A stretch of 64,000 nt of DNA from Hemiscyllium ocellatum (lineage: Eukaryota): positions 45,908,496 to 45,972,495 of the forward strand of contig NC_083431.1 in assembly GCF_020745735.1 (NCBI RefSeq), in the 5' to 3' direction. A program made the translations under genes and the position numbers. The notes under the pieces were generated by a model. The model had not been told where the DNA came from. It made no database searches and saw only the letters and a list, made by a program, of their open reading frames with translations. How positions within the stretch are numbered: position 1 is the stretch's first letter; every line of letters starts with the position of its first letter. Positions 12,851-24,008 of this stretch are shown piece by piece.

Positions 12851-15437
12851 TAAACTTCCGCCCCTCACATCATCGCTGATGTCACACGCTCAGTGACTTC
12901 CACCACCCCTACTGCTGTGTCTGCCACCACTTCCTCCCCCACCAACGCCACTCACCTGCATTCTGCTGACACGCCCCCCACAGACCCCACTGTCATCATT
13001 CCTGCCCCACAGAACCCTGAGGGGAGCACCACCCCTGCTCATGACTCCACCCCCATTCCCCCCACCATCACATCCACTCTAGTTACAGATTCCGCCCCCA
13101 CTCTCAGCTCCACACCCACACCAGATCCCAGCTCCCAGCCCTGCTGAGTTTTCACCATCCCTCCAGACCTCCCCCTCAGTGAGGACGAACGATCAGTCCT
13201 CAGCAAAGGACTCGCCTTGATTCCCCTCTGCCCACGCATCAATGAATTTAATACACGCCGTGACGTTGAAAACTTCTTCCTCCGCCTCCGAGCTTACTTT
13301 CACAATCAGGATTCCCGCCCACCTTCCGAGGGCCCCTTCGTCCACCTCCAACACACTGCATCCACCTGGATACCCCGCGCTGGTCTATTACCTGCCCTCG
13401 ACCTCTTCATTTCCAACTGCCGCCGGGACATTAACCGCCTCAATCTGTCTACCCCCCTCCCTCACTCCAACCTCTCACCCTCACAACGCGCAGCCCTCCA
13501 ATCCCTCTGCTCCAATCCCAACCTCACCATCAAGCCAGCGGATAAAGGGGGTGCAGTGGTAGCCTGCCGCACTGATCTCTACACCGCTGAAGCCAAATGG
13601 CAACTCGAGGACACCTCTTCCTACCGCCCCCTCGACCATGACCCCACCCCCCATCACCAAACCATCATCTCCTAGACCATACAGAACCTCATCACCCTCA
13701 TAGTCCGGGAACCCCGCACTGCTCGGTTCTATCTCCTTCCCAAGATCCACAAGCCTGACCACCCTGGCTGACCCAATGTCTCAGCATGCTCCTGCCCCAC
13801 TGAACTCATCTCTACCTACCTCGACACTGTCCTATCCCCCCCAGTCCAGGAACTCCCTTCATATGTTCGAGACACCACCCATGCCCTCCACCTCCTCCAA
13901 GACTTCAGTTTCCCCAGCCCTCAACACCCCATCTTCACCATGGATATCCAATCCCTCTACACCTCCATCCGTCATGACCAGGGCCTCCAAGCCCTCCGTT
14001 TTTTCCTCTCCCAACGTCCCCAACAGTACCCTTCCACTGACACTCTCATTCGTTTGGCTGAACTGGTCCTCACCCTTAATAATTTCTCCTTCGAATCCTC
14101 CCACTTCCTCCAGACCAAAGGGGTAGCCATGGGGACACTTCCATGGGGACACGTATGGGCCCCAGCTATGCCTGTCTCTTTGTTGGCTACATAGAACAGT
14201 CGATCTTCCGTAATTCCACCGACACCACTCCCCACCTCTTCCTCCGCTACATTGATGACTGCATTGGCGCCACCTCGTGCTCCCGCGAGGAGTTTGAGCA
14301 ATTCATCAACTTCACCAACACATCCCCCCCGACCTTAAATTTACCTGGACCATCTCTGACACCTCCCTCCCCTTCCTGGACCTCTCCACCTCCATTAATG
14401 ATGACCGACTTGACACTGACATTTTTTACAAACCCACCAACTCACACAGCTACCTGGATTACACCTCTTCCCACCCTACCTCTTGCAAAAATGCCATCCT
14501 GTATTCCCAATTCCTCTGCCTCCGCCGTATCTGCTCCCAGGAGGACCAGTTCCACCATAGAACACACCAGATGGCCTCCTTCTTTAGAGACCGCAATTTC
14601 CCTTCCCATGTGGTTAAAGATGCCCTCCAACGCATCTCGTCCACATCCCGCACCTCTACCCTCAGACCCCACCCCTCTAACTGTAACAAGGACAGAACCC
14701 CCCTGGTGCTCACCTTCCACCCTACCAACCTTCGCATAAACCAAATCATCTGCCGACATTTCTGCCACCTCCAAAAAGACCCCACCACCAGGGATGTATT
14801 TCCCTCCTCACCCCTTTCCGCCTTCTGCAAAGACCATTCCCTCCGTGACTATCTGGTCAGGTCCACGCCCCCCCCTACAACCCCCCCTCCCATCCTGACA
14901 TCTTCCCCTGCCACCACAAGAACTGCAAAACCTGTGCCCACACCTCCTCTCTCACCTCTATCCAAGGCCCTAAAGGAGCCTTCCACATCCAAAGTTTTAC
15001 CTGCACATCTACTGATATCATTTATTGTATCCGTTGCTCCCGATGTGGTCTCCTCTACATTGGGGAGACTGGACGCCTCCTAGCAGAGCACTTTAAGGAA
15101 CATCTCCGGGACACCCGCACCAATCAACCACACCGCCCTGTGGCCCAACATTTCAACTCCCCCTTCCACTCTGCTGAGGACTTGTCCTACCTGCCAATCT
15201 TCTTTTCCACCTATCCACTCCACCCTCCTCCCTGACCTATCACCTTCATCCCCTCCCCCACTCACCAATTGTACTCCATGCTACTTTCTCCCCACCCCCA
15301 CCCTCCTCTAGCTTATCTCTCCACGCTTCAGGCTCACTGCCTTTATTCCTGATGAAGGGCTTTTGCCCGAAACGTCAATTTTGCTGCTCCTCGGATGCTG
15401 CCTGAACTGCTGTGCTCTTCCAGCACCACTGATCCAA
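12851..15437 (+). mobile_element. Penelope-like retroelement (RT + GIY-YIG endonuclease), frameshifted and 5'-truncated
   Basis: Motifs IKPADKGGAVV, FYLLPKIHKP, TMDIQSLYTSI, GVAMGT.MGPSYACLF and LRYIDD. GIY-YIG-type IIYCIRCSRCGLLYIGETGR at about 15000-15080. Terminal repeat with a hammerhead motif at 15349-15376. Confidence 0.92.
15349..15376 (+). ncRNA. Minimal hammerhead ribozyme motif in the Penelope terminal repeat
   Basis: CTGATGA-A-GGGC-TTTT-GCCC-GAAA-CGTC: catalytic core boxes, a 4-bp stem II, and a palindromic ACGT stem III with a GUC site. This arrangement is known from Penelope-like element termini. Confidence 0.7.
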
Positions 15438-15440
15438 AAA

Positions 15441-15572
15441 ATGAATAGGGAGGGTTTAGAGGGATATAGGTCCAAATGCTGGCAAATGGGACTAGTTTAG
15501 AATATCTGGTTGGTATGATCGAGAGTTGAACCCATAGGGTCTTGTTTCCATGCTGTACATCTCTTAATGACT
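15441..15572 (+). mobile_element. HER1/CR1 LINE 3' UTR, right part after the Penelope insertion
   Basis: atgaatagggagggtttagagggatat...gtttccatgctgtacatctc continues exactly where 12667-12850 stops (compare the intact copy at 22457-23087). Confidence 0.85.
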
Positions 15573-15900
15573 TCACTCCCCTGCTGAGTCTGTGTCTGGT
15601 TCAACTAGTTTTACAAATTCTCCCTGTTCTCATCCAGAGATCACATACACATCCATACAGCACTATGGACAGACTGTGATAGCGTCGCACATCAACACAC
15701 AGGATCCATTACACTGTACATACCTATACCCTCTTCCAAATCTTTTGAGGCTTGGAAGATGTCACAGATTGGTATAACTTAGGTAGAAGCCATTCAGCCC
15801 ATTGTGCCTGCGCTGGCATCCCAAGGTGATGTCACCTAGCTCCTTTCTCCCTATAACCGTGCACATTGATCCTTCTCAAATAAAAATCTAATGGCCTGTT

Positions 15901-16049
15901 AAAAATCACACAACACCAGGTTTTAGTCCAACAGGTTTAATTTGAAGCACTAGCTAGTGCTTCCAATTAAACCTGTTGGGAGTATAACTTGGTGTTGTGT
16001 GATTTTTAACTTTGTACACCGCAGTACAACACTGGCATCTCCAAATCAA
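15901..16049. mobile_element. Short palindromic Penelope-terminus-derived element, family B
   Basis: About 55-bp inverted arms centred on CTAGCTAG (15950-15957), flanked by near-identical direct repeats aatggcctgtt / aatgccctgtt. Confidence 0.65.
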
Positions 16050-16365
16050 AATGCCCTGTTGAAAGACTCGATTGGCCATTGCCTTGGTACACTCTTCGGG
16101 TAGAGCATTCCACATCCTAACCACTCACCAACTGCAAAGGTAATTCCTTGTGCCTTCATTGCTACTATTATTGCACAACTTGGACTTTCCACACAGCATG
16201 GAGTTTGACCGTGCAAAGGTGAGGACTGCAGATCCTGGAGATCTGAGTCTAGATGAGAGTGGTGCTGGTAAAGCACAACAGGTCAGGCAGCATCCGAGGA
16301 GCAGGAAAATCGATGTTTCAGGAAAGTTAGGATATGCTCTACCCAAGAGCATTCCATATTTTTTT

Positions 16366-16671
16366 TTAGATTACTTACAGTGTGGAAACAGGCCCTTTGG
16401 CCCAACAAGTCCACACTGACCCGCTGAAGCGCAACCCACCCAGACCTATTCCCCTACATTTACCCCTTACCTAACACTACGGGCAATTTAGCATGGCCAA
16501 TTCACCTGACCTGCACATCTTTGTGACTGTGGGAGGAAACCGGAGCACCCGGAGGAAACCCACGCAGACACGGGCAGAATGTGCAAACTCCACACAGTCA
16601 GTCGCCTGAGGCGGGAACTGAACCCGGGTCTCTGGCGCTGTGAGGCAGCAGTGCTAACCCACCGTGCCACC
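16366..16671 (-). mobile_element. HE1-type tRNA-derived SINE, near full length
   Basis: Minus strand GTGGCACGGTGGGTTAGCACTGCTGCCTCACAGCGCCAGAGACCCGGGTTCAGTTCCC (A/B boxes), the conserved core, and a HER1-like tail GGCCTGTTTCCACACTGTA. Confidence 0.9.
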
Positions 16672-16848
16672 CACATAATCTAACCACTTGCCATCTGCAC
16701 AGGTAATTCCTTATGCCTTTGTTGCTATTATTATTGCACAGCTTGGAGTTCCCACAGAGCGTGGAGTTTGAGTGTGTCAGACCCTTCTTGCACTGACTGT
16801 TGCTCAGTCCCAGCATACCTGCCCCCTGCCCCTGCCCCTGCCCCTTAC

Positions 16849-17089
16849 CTTGCAGGCGGCTGGTGAAGTGCCCCAGGGTGAAGGTGTGCTCATTGAACAT
16901 CTTGTACCTGCAGGTCAGGTAGAACATGATCCATCCGAGCAGGACTGTGGAGACAGTGGTGCAGGGCAGCACGGGGATCACCGACTTCACCATCCGCACC
17001 AGGCTGGGCGGTGGCGTCTGCTGATGCTGCCCGCGGTGGGGGTGGTGGCCGGGAGCATTGGCAGACTGCACCTCGCTCCTCTCCGCCAT
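16849..17089 (-). CDS. RHBDD2: RHBDD2 exon 1 (coding part)
   Basis: ATG in strong Kozak context GCCATGG within a CpG island. Hydrophobic segment PVLPCTTVSTVLLGWIMFYL. Donor CAAG|GTAAGG, phase 1, joins exon 2 to give RLQ-VYKL (human NWQ-VYRL). Confidence 0.85.
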
Positions 17090-17280
17090 GGCCCCGCCGG
17101 CTCTCTGGAAATTCGGTGCGAAGAGAAGGAGGCGGAAGGCCGGGCCGGGTTGTTCGCGGACGCTGCCTCTGGTGGCAAGCGGGCAGTAATTTACAGCCCG
17201 GCTTCACAGGCCCCAAAGTGACGCAGCGCGCATGCGCGCCCGGCCTCGGGGTCCAGCCCGTCGCCATGGTAACCAGCCAC
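16960..17280 (-). promoter_or_regulatory. CpG-island promoter of RHBDD2 with NRF1 site, RFX X-box-like palindrome and CRE-like site
   Basis: GCGCATGCGC at 17228-17237, GTCGCCATGGTAAC at 17260-17273 and GTGACGCA at 17218-17225. CpG density is locally high. Confidence 0.7.
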
Positions 17281-17604
17281 TGTCCACCTACACCACTACA
17301 ACTTCATATATTGTTCTCCTTTAGATCAGAGCACCACTTTGCAACTGCATTCACATTATCTCATCAATTGTTGAAACATCATTATTTTAATTCTGAAGTA
17401 TGTTTTCACCCTGCTCCTTTCTAACTTGCTGCTAGGCCTAAATACAAACATAGACCTGCATTCCTCTAACAAAATAAAGAAATGCTGGAAATCTAAAACA
17501 AAAACAGTAATTGCTGGAGAATCTCTCCAGCATCATCTGTGGACAGACAGCACAGTTAACGTTTAGTCTCCAAACAAAGAACTGCAGGTACTGGAAATCT
17601 GATC

Positions 17605-17850
17605 ATTTACAGCCAAGATAAGTACTTTTTAAAGTGTGGCCACTGTTGTAAGATTGAAACCTTAGCAAACAGTACATACAAAGCAAACTCCCACAAACAC
17701 AAATATGGTAATAATGAAATAATCTTTTCTTTCTTGATGTTAATTCAGCAATATACCTTGCCCAGGGCACTGAGGACAACTCTGCACTCTGAGATAGTGC
17801 CTTGGGATCATTCACATCCAAACAAGCTCATGATTCCTCGGTTTAACCAC
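17605..17850 (-). mobile_element. Deu-domain SINE (SacSINE/AmnSINE-like), old
   Basis: Minus strand TTAAACCGAGG...TGGATGTGAATGATCCCAAGGCACTAT...GTTGTCCTCAGTGCCCTGGGCAA resembles the Deu core. Confidence 0.6.
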
Positions 17851-18194
17851 TCATAGAGCTATACAGCACAGAAATAGACCATAAAGTCCAACTTGTCCAT
17901 GCCAACCAGATATCCTAAATTAATCATGTCTCATTTGCCAACATTTGGCCCATATCCCTCAAATATCTACACATTATTATACACTTGTCTATAATGAAGA
18001 AGATACATAAGGAACTAAAATATATTTCGGATGACAGACAAGAAACATGAATACTGTTTCTCTCTCTGAGATGATGTCAGACCTAATGAGTATTTCTCCT
18101 TAGAATATTTCAAACATTTTCAGTTTTTATTTCAGATTTACAGTATCCGCTGTAGTTTTGTTTGTTTTAATTGTTTTGCTAATGATCCTTGTGT

Positions 18195-18470
18195 TGTCTG
18201 AATGGAGTTTGCACATTCTCCCTGTGACGCATGGGTTCCTCCCGGGTGCTCAAGGTTTTCTCTGAAAATCCAAGAAGTACAGGTGAGGGTGAATTGGCTA
18301 AATGGGCAAGCTAAATTGCCCGTAGTGTTTAGGGATGTGTACGTTAGTTAGGTGCACTAATCAGAGGTAAATATAGGGTAGGGGAATGAGTCTGGCTGAG
18401 TTACTCTTTGGAGGGTCGGTGTGGACTTGTTGGGCCAAAGGGCCTGTTTCCACACTGTAGGGATTCTAAT
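18195..18470 (+). mobile_element. HE1-type SINE, 5'-truncated
   Basis: Core tggagtttgcacattctccc and tail gggcctgtttccacactgtagggattct. Confidence 0.85.
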
Positions 18471-18483
18471 TTATATTAAAAAA

Positions 18484-18700
18484 AACAAAAACAGAAATTG
18501 CTGGGAAAGCTCAGCAGGTCTGGCAGCATCTGTGCAGAAGAATCAAAGTTAATGTTTCATGCTCAGAACATTCTGAGGAAGGGTCACTCAATCCAAAACG
18601 TTAACTCTGATTTCTCTCCACAGATGCTGCCAGACCAGCTGAGCTTTTCCAGCAATTTCTGTTTTTGCTTCTGATTCATAGCATCTGCAGTTCTTTAGTT
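18484..18700. mobile_element. Inverted-repeat Penelope-terminus-derived element (family A-related)
   Basis: Arms aaaacagaaattgctgg...gcagcatctgtg and cacagatgctgccag...ccagcaatttctgtttt surround a degenerate CTGAGGA...AAACGTT hammerhead-like core. Confidence 0.65.
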
Positions 18701-18729
18701 TTTACTTTAGAAATGAACTTTACAAACTT

Positions 18730-19120
18730 CTGCATTGCAGACCATTTCTCGTGGAAAAAAGACTGCAGAGGATGTGTGGAAAACAAGCACAGAAATATGA
18801 TTCAGCATGCTTTGAGGAACATCAAACCTGGAACAGCTATATACCCACAAGAAGGCCAGAGATGACATACCTGCAAAGGTTCCCCAAGTGTCAACAACAT
18901 TACATTACTAGACAATTCGGTGGATGGCCATGCTGATCAGACTCCAAAGAGTCACTAAAGAGGAAAATTTGAAACAAATGTGTCCTGGCTGCACACAGCC
19001 AAGGAAGCCATCAGACTATTGAAGACACTTCTCAAGTGCTGCCAAAAACTGTTCTCCAAATTAATGTCTCCAAGACCAAGATCATGTTTCAATCAGCACA
19101 AGTCACATGCTGTGAAGTTC
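18730..19120 (+). mobile_element. Degraded RTE-like LINE fragment
   Basis: Remnant reading LQINVSKTKIMFQ at about 19050-19095. Confidence 0.4.
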
Positions 19121-19469
19121 GCTGTCAGCTCATGAACTGAACATTGTTTGGATAATGTTTATAACTCTTGTGTGGAGCAATATGTGTGTAAATCATAACT
19201 AGCCACAATATGTTCTGTCTGTCTGTCTTTCAGATGCAATAAGGTTTTCTGAACAGTTACATTTAATTTATTGTAGAACTTAACTTTTATTAATGTTTCC
19301 CCATAGCTCATTTCCTTCACAATTATGATATTTCTGTGGGAGCGGAGGCAAAAGTTGAACAGCAGAACAAGGCATTAAAAAAAAATCACAGAAAATTTAC
19401 AGTACAGGAGGAGGCTTTTGCCCATCATATCTGTCCCACTTGGAAAAGAGTTACCCAAGAAGACAGTAT

Positions 19470-19880
19470 GGTCTGCAAATGTTGGAGGTCAGAGTTGAGA
19501 GTGTGATGCTGGAAAAGCACAGCAGGTCAGGCAGCATCCAAGTAGCAGGAGGCACCAATGCAGTCATTAATGTAACGGAGGAAGAGGTTGGGAGTGGTGC
19601 CGGTGTAACTCCGGAAGATGGACTGTTGTATGCAGCTGACAAAGAGACAGGCATAGCTGGGACCCATGCAGGTGCCCATGCCTACCCCTTTCGTCGGGAG
19701 GAAGTGGGAAGATTGGAAGGAGAAATTGTTGAGTGTGAGGATCAGTTCAGCCAAATGAATAAGAGTGTCAGTCAAAGGGTACTGGTGGGGACATTGGGAG
19801 GGGAAGAAACGGAGGGCTTGGAGGTCCTGGTCATTTCAGATGGAGGTGTGGACGGACTGGATGTCTATGGTGAACGTGAA
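19470..19880 (-). mobile_element. Penelope-like fragment (RT piece fused to terminal repeat)
   Basis: ORF 19527-19775 (LTLNNFSF...KGVGMGTCMGPSYACLF...LFLRYINDCIGA) is the same family as 12851-15437. Confidence 0.85.
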
Positions 19881-19929
19881 CCCCAGAGGGATCTTGAGGT
19901 TCTGTCCACATATAGATCATCACAGAATC

Positions 19930-20197
19930 TTTACAGTATTCAAGCAGGCCATTTGGCCCATCAAGTCCACACCAACCTTCTAAAGAACCATTCAGACCCA
20001 TCTCATCCTGGTAACCCTGCATTTCCCATGGCCAATCCACCAAACCTACCAATCTTTGGACTGTGAGTGGAGACTGGAGCAAACCCACATGGACATAGGG
20101 AGAATGTGCAACTCCACACAGACAGTCACCCAAAGGTGGAATTGAACCCAGGTCCCTGGTGCTGTGAGGCAGCAGTGCTATCCACTGAGCACCATGC
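19930..20197 (-). mobile_element. HE1-type SINE, diverged
   Basis: Minus strand tggcatggtgctcagtggatagcactgctgcctcacagcaccagggacctgggttcaattcc plus core. Confidence 0.8.
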
Positions 20198-20820
20198 CAA
20201 GGGGGCATACAGGACACTTGCCTTTATCTGTCGTGGTATCGACTATAAGAGCAGGGAAATTATATTGGAGCTGTTCAAAATGTTTGTTAGACCACAGCTG
20301 AAGTATTGTGTTGAGTCATGTTCATCAAACTATAGGAGGGCTGTGATTACACTGCAGGGAACATTCACAGGATGTTGTCTGGGTTGGAGTATTTTAGCTA
20401 TGAAGAGAAATTGGATAGGTTTGGGTTATTTCCTTTAGAGCAGAGAAAGCTGAGGAGGTACCTGATTGAGGTGTGCCCAATAATGAGGGGTGTGAACAGT
20501 AAGTAGCTGTTCCTCTTCGTTGAAAGATTGATATTGAATGGGCATAATTTTAAGGCAAAGGGCAGGAGGTTTAGAGGGGATTTCAAAGAGTGTTTTTTTC
20601 TTCCAGAAGGTGGTGGGAATCTGGAATGCACTGCATGGGAGGGCAATAGAGGCAGGACACCTCACAACATTTAAAATATACAAAGATGAGCACTTGAAAT
20701 GTCAAAACATTCAAGGCTATGAGGTAAGTGCTGGAAAGCAGGATTAGTAAATTGGCACAGACTTGATGGGCTGAAGATGCTTTTCTATACTGAATGACTC
20801 CCTGATACTATAACTATATG
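20198..20820 (+). mobile_element. CR1 LINE 3' fragment, degraded
   Basis: LAFICRGIDYKSREIILELFKMFVRPQLKYCV followed by a CR1 3' UTR. Confidence 0.8.
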
Positions 20821-21315
20821 ATTCCATTTAGCCCTAAAGAACACAGCATTGGCTCATGTCCACGTGGTCTTACTCACATTCTACTATAGCCTTAAAGAAA
20901 GGAGTCAATGCTACACTCTCAAATTAGCAAAGAATTGACAAGCATATGGATAATGTGAATGCAAAGCAGATCACGCTCCAATTACAACAGGAGCCAGAGC
21001 CTCCAGAATGCTAAGCAAGGTAGAGGTGTTGATTCGGGATCCTCTTCCAGGCCCTTGTGCAAAATGAATGTGTTCAACAGGAAAGATAATATATAGTGAT
21101 AATGATAATAATCATGTCAAAGATCCTGAGAAGACTTGATAGGTTGGACATCAGGAGAATGTTTCCTTTCATAGGGTGACCATGAACGTGGAACAAGAGT
21201 AGGTCACTGGGCTCTTTGAAGTTGTTCCACCATTCAATAAGATCATGGCTGATCTGATTTTAACCTCCTCTATATTACTGCATACTCGATAATTTTTTTG
21301 TCCGCTTGTAATCAG

Positions 21316-22217
21316 CTGATGATACTAAGCTGGGTGGCAGGGTGAAATGTGAGGAGGATGTTAGATTACAGGGTGACCTGGACAGGTTAGGTGAGTGGTC
21401 AGATGAAGTTTAATGTGGATAAATGTATGGTTATCCACTTTGGTGGCAAGAACTGGAAGGCAGATTACTACCTAAATGGAATCAATTTAGGTAAAGGGGC
21501 AGTACAAAGAGATATGGGTGTTCTTGTACACCAGTCAATGAAGGTAAGCATGCAGGTACAGCAGGTAGGGAAGAAGGCTAATAGTATGCTGGCCTTCATT
21601 ACAAGAGGGATTGAGTATAGAAGCAAAGAGGTTCTTCTGCAGCTGTACAGGGCCCTGGTGAGACCACACCTGGAATATTGTGTGCAGTTCTGGTCTCCAA
21701 ATTTGAGGAAAGACATTCTGGCTATTGAGGGAGTGCAGCGTAGGTTCACGAGGTCAATTCCTGGAATGGTGGGACTACCTTACGCTGAAAGACTGGAGCG
21801 ACTGGGCTTGTATACCCTTGAGTTTAGAAGACTGAGAGGGGATCTGATTGAGACATATAGGATTATTAGAGGATTGGACACTCTGTAGGCAGGAAACATG
21901 TTTCCATTGATGGGTGAGTGCCAAACCAGAGGACACAGCTTAAAAATATGGGGTAGACCATTTAGGACAGAGATGAGGAGAAACTTCTTCACCCAGAGTG
22001 GTGGCTGTGTGGAATGCTCTGCCCCAGAGGGCAGTGGAGGCCCAGTCTCTGGATTCATTAAGAAAGAGTTGGATAGAGCTCTCAAGGATAGTGGAATCAA
22101 GGGTTATGGAGATCAGGCAGGAACAGGATACTGATTAAGGATGATCAGCCATGATCATATTGAATGGTGGTGCAGGCTCGAAGGGCAGAATGACCTATTC
22201 CTGCACCTATTGTCTAT
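21316..22217 (+). mobile_element. CR1 LINE 3' part (second subfamily), relatively young
   Basis: ADDTKLGG...MKFNVDKC...LYRALVRPHLEYCVQFWSP...RRLRGDLIETY, ending cctgcacctattgtctat. Confidence 0.9.
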
Positions 22218-22456
22218 CCACCTCTGCCTTAAAAAATATTTAAAGATTCCATATCCACTGCCTTTTGTGAAAGTGAATTCCACAGACACACAATGCTCTG
22301 ACAGAAAATGTTCCTTTGTTTCTGTTTTAAAAGGGCACCCCCTTATTTTAAAATTATGACCCCTAGTTCTCGACTTTTGGACCTGAGGAAAGATCCTTTT
22401 AACATTCACCCAGTCAAGTCCCCTCAGGATCTTATACATTTCGATTAAGTTAACTT

Positions 22457-23087
22457 TGGTATGCTTTCCTTTATTGATCCGAGTATTGAGTACAGGAGTT
22501 GGGAGGTCATGTTGCGGCTGTACAGGCCATTGGTTAGGGCATTGTTGTAATATTGTGTGCAATTCTGGTCTCCTTCCAATCGGAAAGATGTTGTGAAACT
22601 TGAAAGGGTTCAGAAAAGATTTACAAGGATGTTGCCAGGGTTGAGAATTTGAGCTAAAGGGAGAGGCAGAACAGGCTGGGACTGTTTTCCTTGGAGCGTT
22701 GGAGGCTGAGGGGTGACCTTATAGAGATTTACAAAATTATGAGGGGCATGGATAGGATAAATAGACAAAGTCTTTTCCCTGGGATCGGGGAGTCCAGAAC
22801 TAGAGGGCATTGGTTTAGGGTGAGAGGAGTAAGATATAAAAGAGACCTAAGGGGCAACTTTTTCACGCAGAGGGTGGTACGTGTATGGAATGAGCTGCCA
22901 GAGGATGTCTTGGAGGCTGGTACAATTGCAACATTTAAGAGGCATTTGGATGGGTTATGAATAGGAAGGGTTTGAAGGAATATGGGCCAGGTGCTGGCAG
23001 GTGGGACTAGATTGGATTAGGATATCTGGTCGGTGTGGACGGGTTGGACCGAAGGGTCTGTTTCCATGCTGTACATCTCTATGACTC
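22457..23087 (+). mobile_element. HER1/CR1 LINE 3' part
   Basis: RT C-terminus (RLRGDLIEIYKIMRGMDR...ESRTRGH...WNELP) and tail gtttccatgctgtacatctctatgactc. Confidence 0.9.
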
Positions 23088-23141
23088 GACTAAATGCCAT
23101 ACAAAACACACTTAGCTGTCTAGCCTTTCTTCAAAAGGCAA

Positions 23142-23355
23142 AGTTAAAAAATCACACAACACCAGGTTATAGTCCAACAGGTTTAATTGGCAGCTCTAGC
23201 TTTCAGAGCACTGTTCCTTCATCAGGTGGTTGGGTTGGGCTAGATGAAGGAGCAGTGCTCAAAAACTAGTGCTTCCAATTAAACGTGTTGGACCATAACC
23301 TGGTGTTGTGTGATTTTTAACTTTGTACACCCCAGTCCAACACTGGCATTGCCAA
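23142..23355. mobile_element. Short palindromic Penelope-terminus-derived element, family B, with two opposed hammerhead-like cores
   Basis: Inverted arms. The minus strand reads CTGATGAAGGAACAGTGCTCTGAAAGCTAG. A perfect 12-bp TSD TTCAAAAGGCAA lies at 23130-23141 and 23356-23367. Confidence 0.75.
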
Positions 23356-23399
23356 TTCAAAAGGCAATCCACTCATTCCAGGTATTAGTCTCTAATAGT

Positions 23400-23490
23400 C
23401 CTGATGAAGGGCTTGTGCCCGAAACGTCGAATTTCCTGTTCCTTGGATGCTGCCTGACCTGCTGCGCTTTAACCAGCAACACATTTTCAG
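23400..23490 (+). mobile_element. Penelope terminal-repeat fragment with hammerhead motif (family A)
   Basis: CTGATGAAGGGCTTGTGCCCGAAACGTCGA followed by ggatgctgcctgacctgctgcgc. Confidence 0.75.
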
Positions 23491-23699
23491 CATTAATCTC
23501 TAATATTCTTTGAACTGCTTCCAACACATTAATATCCTTCCAGAAGTACTATAATGCTAGAAATAGGGGACACACTTTTAAAATAAAGAATCTCCCATTG
23601 ATGGCAGAGCTGAGGAAATTTTCCTTCCTCAGAGAACTATTTTCACGAGAAAACAGTGGAGACAGGATAATTTAATTTATGAGGAGAAAGTGAGGACTG

Positions 23700-24008
23700 A
23701 AGATTAGATTAGATTACTTACAGTGTGGAAACAGGCCCTTCAGCCCAACAAGTCCACACCAACCCACCAAAGCGCAACCCACCCATACCCCTACATACAC
23801 CCCTTACCTAACACTACGGGCAATTTAGCATGGCCAATTCACCTGACCCGCACATCTTTGGACTGAGGGAGGAAACCGGAGCACCCGGAGGAAACCCACA
23901 CAGACACGGGGAGAACGTGCAAACTCCACACAGTCAGTCGCCTGAGGCGGGAATTGAACCCGGGTCTCAGGCGCTGTGAGGCAGCAGTGCTAACCACTGT
24001 GCCACCGT
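23700..24008 (-). mobile_element. HE1-type SINE, young, nested in a Penelope terminal fragment
   Basis: Near-identical to 16366-16671, with a (TCTAA)n tail. It splits gaggagaaagtgaggactg | gatgctggagatcagagctg. Confidence 0.9.

Noticed and set aside
12893-15083. Intact, active Penelope ORF
   Set aside because: Multiple stops, frameshifts, a small internal duplication (CCATGGGGACAC twice at about 14128-14151) and deletions show the copy is dead.
16610-16671. tRNA genes at SINE heads (also 23950-24008, 51440-51510 and 60243-60310)
   Set aside because: The A/B-box heads run directly into the HE1 SINE core and LINE-derived tail, and no cloverleaf or anticodon arm is present.
16772-17424. Plus-strand ORFs of 149 and 137 aa over RHBDD2 exon 1
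   Set aside because: These are antisense shadows of a GC-rich coding exon and CpG island.
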